A stretch of 64,000 nucleotides of DNA, from IMG/VR virus record IMGVR_UViG_3300025646_000029, positions 1 to 64,000 of that record. One strand, given 5' to 3'. The notes below the pieces were generated by a model. That model was not told the origin of the DNA, searched no databases, and was given only the letters and a program-made list of their open reading frames with translations. This DNA comes from a virus. The position numbers and the translations under genes are program-made. Below are positions 56,734 to 64,000 of this stretch, piece by piece (positions within the stretch are counted from its first letter, which is position 1; each line of letters begins with the position of its first letter).

Positions 56734-59700
56734 TTAGGGTCTATATCCACCTGCAATATGAGGCGGGACAAAAGGTTTTGAAGTTTTGGCAGATGATATC
56801 GGGTTAATTGTCAAGTCGGGGAAGGTTCTCCTTAATTCTTCTGCTACTCTTGAAACTGCTGTGTTGGCAATTTCAATTTTTAATTGCTCGGAATTTATTC
56901 CGTCCATTTGTGTATTAACACTAACAACTATAGGATTTACATTCAATGTGTGATTTATAGTGGTTGGCATATTACTTAAATTTTTAGCTTGCTGAGCAGT
57001 TGCTTCAGCAAACTTGTTCATATTAACACCAAATCCTATTATGGCCTCTCTGTTCATAACCATTTCTGTTATAAGATTTCCTATGCTTGCAGAGAGAGCT
57101 ACATTTATGCTAGTCAAAGCGTTTTGGGCTTCGATTTGCTTTTGGAATTCTTCTTGAACTCTAGCAGACTCGGGTATTGGTCCGGTTTTAGCTTTTATTC
57201 CTATAGAGTTTTCAAACACTCTGGTTTTTGATTCGTCACCAGAAATATAAGACTGAAGAGCGCCCTTTTCTTGTGAGCTCAAAGACATCAAGCTAGAAAG
57301 CCCGCCGGACTGAACTCTTTGAAAAGCTTCTGCTCCTCTAGAAAGATTTATGATTTCTTCGTCTGATCCAAGCAGAGCATTCGAAAGTTTTTCGGCTGAC
57401 CTAGCTGCTGATTCGGCAGCAGATTCGTAGTCCCTCATGGCTTTTGCCATTACCTCTCCGCCTTGGGCAGCTGACTCTAAAGCAGACCTAAGAGCATCTT
57501 TTACAAACTGCGTCTGTGGGGTTACTCCAGATTTACTTTCTAGTCTTGTAACCTGTCTGTATCTATCCATTATATCTTGTGTAGAGGCACCCGCTCCTAA
57601 CCCAGTACCTCTGAGTTGAACCGCCCGTTGACTTGATTCAAACTGTTGTGCTTGAGACCTAGTCAATTCTCCGGTTTTAGAACCGCCTATAGACTTGTTT
57701 AAAAACTCAGTAAGGCTCTTTCTAGTATCCAAAGTCTTAGACAAACTTTCGTTTACCTTAGATTCTATTTCTAGCCTAGATTTGACTTTGTCTCTCATAC
57801 CGTCTTCAAAGTCAGAAGTAGCCTTTTCAAAAGCTTTTAAAAGTTCAATTTGACCTTTGTCGATATCAAATCCCTTGACTATTTCTGATAACTGCGACAA
57901 TTTTATGGTTTCACCGGCGGCCTCGGTTAATTCCTGAGACTTTTGTTCAAGATACCCCTCGAATACCTCCTGAAACTTCATTACTGCGTCGTCGCCAAAA
58001 TTCTGGGACTTTAAAGATTTTCCTAGTTCCTCTACCAAAAAGTTTTGCGCGTCAAGACCGCCACCGCCAGTATTTTTTATAGCATTCTGTATACTGTCTT
58101 GGTCTAGAGTAGAAAGATATCTGGATATGTCCGCCTTGCCCCTTTCTAAAGCAATACGCTCGTTCACATCAGTAAATGCCTGCTTATTAAACTTTCTGAA
58201 TCTAGCCATGAGCTTGCTAAAATCTTGATACGCTGGCCCTGCAATTTCCTGTCCAGTTTCAAGCTGCCCAAAAACAGACTCGTCTAGTTTGCTCGACGTG
58301 ATTTGTCCAAGCGCTGTTTGTATCTTTTTGTCAAAAGCGTTTGTGAACTGTTCAGCTGTTGTTATTACGTTTGTAAGGTCTTGAGCTAAACTTGTAACTC
58401 TTAAAAAGTATTGCTCTGATTTTTCTAAGGCTAACTGCCTTGCTTGGTCTGTTAGATCTACGGACGCCCCAAGATCGTCGTTCAGTTTTTGAAGGTCGTT
58501 TAGATTCAGGCCTGAAGCCTTGAGAATTTCTGCGCCACCTGTTTTACCGCCTATTGTATTAAATACCTCGGTAAACTGGGCTCTCAATTCCTTTTTCTGT
58601 CCTTCGGTCGCGTTGGGGGTCAAATCTTTTATTCTTTTGATTGTTTCTACGAGCCCTTGTCGGGCAGCAGACTGTTCTTTGCTCATTCCAGCTGAGCCTG
58701 GCTCTGCAGCATTTTGCGCCGCAACGTATTTTGCCATTGATACTTCGTTAAGAGCAACGTCTTTTTCAAATTTGTCTTGTTGAACTATTGAATCTGGCTT
58801 TTCTCCCGCAAGCAAGTCTATAAAATTTGCCAAAGAAGCCGCCAGCCAATCGAAAATATCAACGATCTTGCCAAAAGCATTTGCTAAACCGTCCACTACT
58901 GGCTTCATTAGCTTTTCAAGTAACGCGCCGGTTTTTACAAACAAATTACCAAGGCTTTTCCCAAGCCTTGTTTTCTTTAAAGAACTGCTCAATGAAGAAA
59001 GTCCACCTAGTATACCACCTATAATCGCCCCTTTTGGCCCTAGTAGTGACCCAGCTCGCGCGCCACCAAAAACCCCGCCTACTGTTGACAAAATAGCAGA
59101 CATGTTTTCGTACTTCTTTCTTTTTGCAAAAATGGCGTCGACTTCTTCAGCTGATTTTGCTTTCGATAAATCGTCTTTAGTTTTTTCAGCAGCAGAAGAA
59201 TAATACTGTGATCCCCCAAACGCAAGAGCGGATGACAAAAGGCCGCCGGCGCCTTTAACAAAATTAAATGCTTTCAGAGCCGTTCCCGCCTTGCCGGTTG
59301 TTTTTAGAAAATTAGGAACTGCTTTAGCTCTATCTACAGCCGTCGAGCCAACGCCGCCCTTTGTTTTTGCAAAATTGGTCAATCCGATTTTTTCGGAAAT
59401 CGTACCCAATATCCCGCTACCCGCGCCTCCTTTTATTCTTGCTTCGGCAGCAGCAATTGCGAACGACGCAGTTGTAAACACGCCCACAGCCGTTCCAACC
59501 GCTTCTGTTAAAAGCAGCATGTTATCGGAAGCTTCTTTGCTTGAAGACGCGTAGGCCCCTAAACCAACCACAGCTAACCCAGCAGCTGCTGTAAGACTCT
59601 TCATACTAATACTGGATTTGACTATATTCTTCAAAAAATCTTTGATTGGTCCAGTTTTAGGCGGCGGACCCGAATCCCCACCTCCGCCTGAGCCGGCTGA

Positions 59701-62700
59701 ACCGCCCGGTGGAGGAGGGCCGTACACCCCGCCTCCGCCGGCCATTTCTGAATCAGCAGTCCTGTATATTCCAGTTGGCTTTCTAAGGCCCTGTTTACCT
59801 TTAACAAACCCTTGTTGCTGAGGAAGGCCAAGGGAGCGAGCTACAGTCGCATCAGGTACAACACGTTGTTCTAAAAGATTTTTCTGTAGCGACTGAAGCA
59901 TTTGTAACAAAATACGGTTTGTTTCGTCACTTTTTGTTCCACCTTCAGCAAGTGCGCTTCTTATAAAGTCTATAGCCCCTTGATCTGTGTTGGAACTAAG
60001 AGCCTTTTTCTGATAATCAGACGAGCTTGCAAATACGTTTGCAAATGCTTCTTTTAGAACCTTCGCACGACCTTCTTTATCCGATTCATCGTATTGTTTT
60101 TTAAGATCTTTGTTTCCGGTTATAAAAGCCATTGCAATCTTGTTGAAATTTTCACCTTCTGTTGCAGAGGCGAATCCGGCTGCTGTTTTCAAACCGGCTT
60201 TTCTGTCAACAGCGTGTCCGACTTCATGTTTAGCAACAAAATCTGTAGAACGATCATCAAACCCCTTAGCAACTCCTAAAGCCCCTCTTTTCCCCTGTCG
60301 AGGCATACGGTGCCCCCCTGCGAATTTACCGCCCCTTGTATCTTCGCCGTAATCATAATTTGCTTTTATAAAATCACGAGTTTCCTCGCTAAGATTCTGT
60401 ACAATTGGACCAAAAATAGAACCAGCATCAATATCTTTGGGATCTTTAGGAGACATCAAACTCGACAATTTTTTACTCATTCCTCCAAAAAAACCTTTTA
60501 TTCCCGCAGAACCGGAATCTTTATAATTCGGGTTTCTAGTAAGCAGGTTTGTTACTCTGTCGAACACGCCTAAGATTCTATTGTTTTCAACTTGTCCTGG
60601 GGCTTTAGTTATATTCGCGTGTTTTTTGTATTCTTCGTTCGGAATATCCATCAACACAACTTTGTCCCCGAAACCAGAACGATCAAACGGGCCAACAGAA
60701 CCAGTTGTCAATAAACCGGCGGCATCTTTATTAGAAGTAAAAGCGTCAGTAGTAGATGTAATATCAGATTTGTATTTAAACGGTTGTCCAGACAATAATT
60801 TTTCAGCAACTCCCTGACCGGTAAAATGAGTAGCCCTAATATTGTCTTTAGGAATCGAAGGCAAGCCAAACGATACAAGAGTTTTTGTTAAGTAAGAAAC
60901 TGCTTGACTTGATCTTTTAAGAATGCTTTGTCCAAATCTAGACATAGCAGAACTAAACCCTGCGCTTGTTTTTGTTATTTTGCCACTAATATCATCTGAA
61001 GATTTTAGAATATTATCTCCAAGTTTTTCCATAGAAGAAACAAACTCGTCTCCTAGTTCTTTTACGTAATCCAGATTAGGCCCTGTTATATTTGCACGGG
61101 TCGAGCCCGGTTTGTCCATAAACCTAATAGATCCTATGGATTTGTATGTGTCTCCAAGCGCTTTAAACAGTGACTTTCCGGCGCTTTTTGCAGAACCAAC
61201 AATAGTAGAAGAAATTTTTGAAAATAATTCTTCAAAAACTTTAGTAATTAAATCAAAACCGCCACCATTTGGTAAATTAGAAAAACCTCCGGGACCGCTT
61301 CCTGTGTTGGCTTTTTTTATCTTGCCGGAATTTAATTTGTTCAAAAAGTCTTTTCCATATTTAGAAACTGACCTTCTGTTTAAAACGTACTCGCCTTTGG
61401 TCAACAAATAAGGCTCCGTGTCTACGTTTGGGCCTACTCCTGGAATCAATCCTCCAGAGTTCATTCCCGCGACATCTAACACCGGGGTAGCTTTTCTACC
61501 AAAAAATGAGTTGCCGAAAGAATTTCCAACACCAGCCCAATCAAGACCTGCTTGCGCGAGTTTTGTATTAAAAAAGGAAGACGCTAACCTAGCAAGAGTT
61601 ACGCCTGCTGTGATTCTCCCGAACGCGCCAAAAGATTCAATCAATCTAGTCGTAGCCGATAAAGTCGAAGTTATAGCTTGTGTAACCAAAGTAAATCCGT
61701 CTACAAGAGCTTTGAACATAGGAGACCTTCCTAGCTCTGTAAACAAATCAACAACAGACGCCTTGGCCCTGCCAAGCTTGTTTTCTATAGAATCAAAAGC
61801 TATGCCAACATCTCTGTCTAAACTACCGGCTCCGCTTTTGAAGCTTTCGGTTGCTTTTTTAGCCTCATCAAAACCTTTAACAAGAGACAGTACTCTAGAT
61901 ATTTGTCTCGGGCCCGAGATTTTTTCGAAAATTTCAGCGAATCTTGGGTCGCCTGACGCTATTCCGAGTTCATCTAGTCTTTTTACAACTTTTCCGATAG
62001 CCTCATTAAAACCGATAAATTGGTTTTGGGTATCAAGCAAGTTTATTTGGTATCGATTTTTCAAAAACCTTTGAATACTGACTCTCTGAAGTCTGGTCAA
62101 AACGTTTCTCAAAGAGGTGGCCAGCGTTTCGTCCGCTTCTCTTGTTTTGCCTTTTAAGACTGTAAACGCCCCAACAAAATCCCCCAAAGAATCCATGTAA
62201 CTTTGGCCTTGGGCTGTTGACGCAGCAAAGGCGCCACCGGCTCTTCGTATAGCTTTGGTGATACCGTCGGCTTCAACAGGAAACTGAGCCGCGACTTGAG
62301 AAATACCACCAATCACCCCTTCCATTTGTCTGGCTGGTATTTGAAACTGGTTCATTGTTGCAATGACAGATTCAGATATTTGCTCAGACGAACCAAATGT
62401 TGGCCCTAGTCTAGCTTTTGAAACAGTTTCAAGTATAGTAGCTAACTCTTTGCCTTGTATGCCAGCCTGAGCAAGTACGTCTGCTGATTCTGCTATTTCA
62501 ATAGTAGAATTACCATACGCTTTGCCCAAATTTAAAATAGAGCTTGCAAGTTGATCGGACTGCTCTCGCGCGCTTTCCATGCTTTGTCCGTTGCCAGCAA
62601 GAATCTGAGTAAGCTTAGTAAACTGTTTGTCTAATCCTACAACTTCTCCAGCGGACTGCCTTATTGCGGAAGTAATTGTGTATATTGGCGTTGCCGCAAA

Positions 62701-63906
62701 AAGAAAAGCTGAAAGTCGTTTAGCAGCGAGCCCAACCGCCTTGGTAAATTCTCCTACACTGCCGCCCATTGCTTTTATTGACGCGACTTGAAAAGTTGCA
62801 TCTATTTGGTTTTTCAAATCGACATGGGTTTGTTTTAATTTTGTTACATCTCCACCTAGTCTACCAATTCCCTCAACGTATTTGTTGAGACTTGCTAATG
62901 CGTTTTCATAAACTTGTCTTACCTGTTTAAATGAATCTCCCCCGGATTCAAATATTTTTTCTTGAAGTTTTTGTCTTGCATTTTCAATAGTGTCATTGAT
63001 TTTTTGCATAGACCTAGCGACATATGACGCTTCGGATACGTTTCTTCTTAGATCCAAATCTCCTACTGTTTGAAACCCAGTTTCTGTAGTTTTTACTCCA
63101 GCAGACCTGAGTTGGGCTATTTGTTTGCTAATATAATCTTGAACGCCAACTTCATCTTTGCCAAAAGTTATCCCAAATTTAAAAGAATCCTGTAGCCGAA
63201 GAAGGGCGTCTTCAAATTTTCTTAGGCCCTTTTCGTTTTTGGCGTTAACTTCTATTGATTGATTTAGCTCGTTAAATCTAGCTGTTATTTCTGATATACC
63301 CGAACCGGCTTGCACCAGTCCCAGTATTTCTTGTTTTACAAGCTCAGTGTTTTTCTTTGCAACACTAAGGTTGTCTGAACTATAATAGGAGATCTTGTTG
63401 TTAAGAGAATCAAAAAAGCCCTGAGTTGTTTTGGCATAAGCTTTATAATCATCTAGATCTACTCTAAATCTTTCTCTTGCGCCAACAATTGATTCTTTAT
63501 TTGCTCCTTCTCCCGCTCGTCCTTGAACAGCTATAAATCGTTCGTATTCTTTTATTAATTCTCCAACTTTACCAGAAAGGTTTGAGGCACGAGCGGCTTC
63601 TGTTTGAAAAGCGTCACTTTCGTCGAGGCCGGTTTGGGTTTTTTGTAAAGTTGTTTTAAATTGTTCTAAAAGAACAGAGGCACTTTTTGCTCTAGCCTCA
63701 GCCGAGTAAGTTTGTTTGACCTGATCACTTTCCAGGGCCTGGGAATAAGTCTTTCCTTCACCTATCAACCTCTGTAATAATCTAAGTCTTTCTTCGAGTA
63801 TACCGACAATTGCGTCTGAGCCAACGTCACCCTTCCCCTTTAATCCAGATATTTCATCACGAATGCGCTCAGTACCTTTTCTAAAGTTTTCAGTTTCTGT
63901 TTGCAT
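56734..63906 (-). CDS. tail tape-measure-like protein (at least 2390 aa) with an embedded HExxH motif
   Basis: Very long alpha-helical, coiled-coil-like protein. Internal hydrophobic glycine-zipper segments (ILSTVGGVFGGARAGSLLGPKGAIIGGILGGL). A poly-Gly/Pro linker. AKHEVGHAVD zincin motif. The reading frame stays open upstream to the window edge, so the true start may lie beyond 64000. Confidence 0.55.
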   Translation of the reverse strand: MQTETENFRKGTERIRDEISGLKGKGDVGSDAIVGILEERLRLLQRLIGEGKTYSQALESDQVKQTYSAEARAKSASVLLEQFKTTLQKTQTGLDESDAFQTEAARASNLSGKVGELIKEYERFIAVQGRAGEGANKESIVGARERFRVDLDDYKAYAKTTQGFFDSLNNKISYYSSDNLSVAKKNTELVKQEILGLVQAGSGISEITARFNELNQSIEVNAKNEKGLRKFEDALLRLQDSFKFGITFGKDEVGVQDYISKQIAQLRSAGVKTTETGFQTVGDLDLRRNVSEASYVARSMQKINDTIENARQKLQEKIFESGGDSFKQVRQVYENALASLNKYVEGIGRLGGDVTKLKQTHVDLKNQIDATFQVASIKAMGGSVGEFTKAVGLAAKRLSAFLFAATPIYTITSAIRQSAGEVVGLDKQFTKLTQILAGNGQSMESAREQSDQLASSILNLGKAYGNSTIEIAESADVLAQAGIQGKELATILETVSKARLGPTFGSSEQISESVIATMNQFQIPARQMEGVIGGISQVAAQFPVEADGITKAIRRAGGAFAASTAQGQSYMDSLGDFVGAFTVLKGKTREADETLATSLRNVLTRLQRVSIQRFLKNRYQINLLDTQNQFIGFNEAIGKVVKRLDELGIASGDPRFAEIFEKISGPRQISRVLSLVKGFDEAKKATESFKSGAGSLDRDVGIAFDSIENKLGRAKASVVDLFTELGRSPMFKALVDGFTLVTQAITSTLSATTRLIESFGAFGRITAGVTLARLASSFFNTKLAQAGLDWAGVGNSFGNSFFGRKATPVLDVAGMNSGGLIPGVGPNVDTEPYLLTKGEYVLNRRSVSKYGKDFLNKLNSGKIKKANTGSGPGGFSNLPNGGGFDLITKVFEELFSKISSTIVGSAKSAGKSLFKALGDTYKSIGSIRFMDKPGSTRANITGPNLDYVKELGDEFVSSMEKLGDNILKSSDDISGKITKTSAGFSSAMSRFGQSILKRSSQAVSYLTKTLVSFGLPSIPKDNIRATHFTGQGVAEKLLSGQPFKYKSDITSTTDAFTSNKDAAGLLTTGSVGPFDRSGFGDKVVLMDIPNEEYKKHANITKAPGQVENNRILGVFDRVTNLLTRNPNYKDSGSAGIKGFFGGMSKKLSSLMSPKDPKDIDAGSIFGPIVQNLSEETRDFIKANYDYGEDTRGGKFAGGHRMPRQGKRGALGVAKGFDDRSTDFVAKHEVGHAVDRKAGLKTAAGFASATEGENFNKIAMAFITGNKDLKKQYDESDKEGRAKVLKEAFANVFASSSDYQKKALSSNTDQGAIDFIRSALAEGGTKSDETNRILLQMLQSLQKNLLEQRVVPDATVARSLGLPQQQGFVKGKQGLRKPTGIYRTADSEMAGGGGVYGPPPPGGSAGSGGGGDSGPPPKTGPIKDFLKNIVKSSISMKSLTAAAGLAVVGLGAYASSSKEASDNMLLLTEAVGTAVGVFTTASFAIAAAEARIKGGAGSGILGTISEKIGLTNFAKTKGGVGSTAVDRAKAVPNFLKTTGKAGTALKAFNFVKGAGGLLSSALAFGGSQYYSSAAEKTKDDLSKAKSAEEVDAIFAKRKKYENMSAILSTVGGVFGGARAGSLLGPKGAIIGGILGGLSSLSSSLKKTRLGKSLGNLFVKTGALLEKLMKPVVDGLANAFGKIVDIFDWLAASLANFIDLLAGEKPDSIVQQDKFEKDVALNEVSMAKYVAAQNAAEPGSAGMSKEQSAARQGLVETIKRIKDLTPNATEGQKKELRAQFTEVFNTIGGKTGGAEILKASGLNLNDLQKLNDDLGASVDLTDQARQLALEKSEQYFLRVTSLAQDLTNVITTAEQFTNAFDKKIQTALGQITSSKLDESVFGQLETGQEIAGPAYQDFSKLMARFRKFNKQAFTDVNERIALERGKADISRYLSTLDQDSIQNAIKNTGGGGLDAQNFLVEELGKSLKSQNFGDDAVMKFQEVFEGYLEQKSQELTEAAGETIKLSQLSEIVKGFDIDKGQIELLKAFEKATSDFEDGMRDKVKSRLEIESKVNESLSKTLDTRKSLTEFLNKSIGGSKTGELTRSQAQQFESSQRAVQLRGTGLGAGASTQDIMDRYRQVTRLESKSGVTPQTQFVKDALRSALESAAQGGEVMAKAMRDYESAAESAARSAEKLSNALLGSDEEIINLSRGAEAFQRVQSGGLSSLMSLSSQEKGALQSYISGDESKTRVFENSIGIKAKTGPIPESARVQEEFQKQIEAQNALTSINVALSASIGNLITEMVMNREAIIGFGVNMNKFAEATAQQAKNLSNMPTTINHTLNVNPIVVSVNTQMDGINSEQLKIEIANTAVSRVAEELRRTFPDLTINPISSAKTSKPFVPPHIAGGYRP

Positions 63907-64000
63907 TATCCTTAAATCTGAAACCAGATTTTTAACTTCGACGGAAGCTACATTTTTACCGCCACCTACTACATTCGGATCAATAAATAATTTTTTTAAT

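Noticed and set aside
48583-62074. Numerous plus-strand ORFs (for example 58868..59203 and 61418..62074, 60-218 aa) inside the large minus-strand tail genes
   Set aside because: They are fully embedded antisense in long, continuous minus-strand ORFs with a coherent gene order. They lack RBS or start context and arise from the Gly/Ala/Ser-rich codon composition of the opposite strand.

Overview
This window reads as part of a large, AT-rich tailed-phage or prophage genome, with two transcription blocks converging at about 47,170.

Plus-strand block (1 to 47,170), early, replication and modification genes:
- A 12-bp tandem repeat array at the left edge.
- An accessory region (0 to 8 kb) with five YopX-like paralogs, small Zn-ribbon genes, a sulfotransferase-like gene and a DnaQ-like exonuclease.
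- A GC-rich ~0.8-kb island carrying a CsrA-like gene, followed by an SPFH protein.
- A nucleotide-metabolism module: class I RNR NrdB and NrdA, flavin-dependent ThyX, an FkbM-like methyltransferase and a DUF4326-like protein.
- ATP-dependent DNA ligase.
- A metallopeptidase-vWA protein paired with a MoxR-type AAA+ ATPase.
- PhoH, a RecA-like protein, and small DNA-binding proteins.
- DnaB-like helicase, DnaG-like primase, a P-loop kinase-like protein and a Cas4-like PD-(D/E)xK nuclease.
- A DnaE-type PolIII alpha gene cleanly split into two ORFs by a ~2-kb cassette. The cassette encodes a UDG-like protein and a DnaQ-like exonuclease.
- A glycosyltransferase-rich cluster.

Minus-strand block (47,167 to 64,000):
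- Three paralogous Cys-rich small genes.
- A tail module: a 2,390-aa tape-measure-like protein with an embedded HExxH motif, then 495-aa, 1,291-aa and 1,020-aa putative distal-tail, baseplate and fibre proteins.

Most worth a second look:
- The split polymerase with its replication-accessory insert.
- A GTTGACAAATGA stop/start junction motif reused about 10 times in the first 8 kb, with duplicated gene-boundary modules.
- The GC-rich CsrA-like island, next to one copy of a 29-bp direct repeat.
- The triplicated CxxC...CxxCGC...CP...W gene family next to the receptor-binding gene.
- The phage-borne MoxR/vWA-metallopeptidase pair with a ~680-aa partner.

No rRNA, tRNA or CRISPR array was seen.
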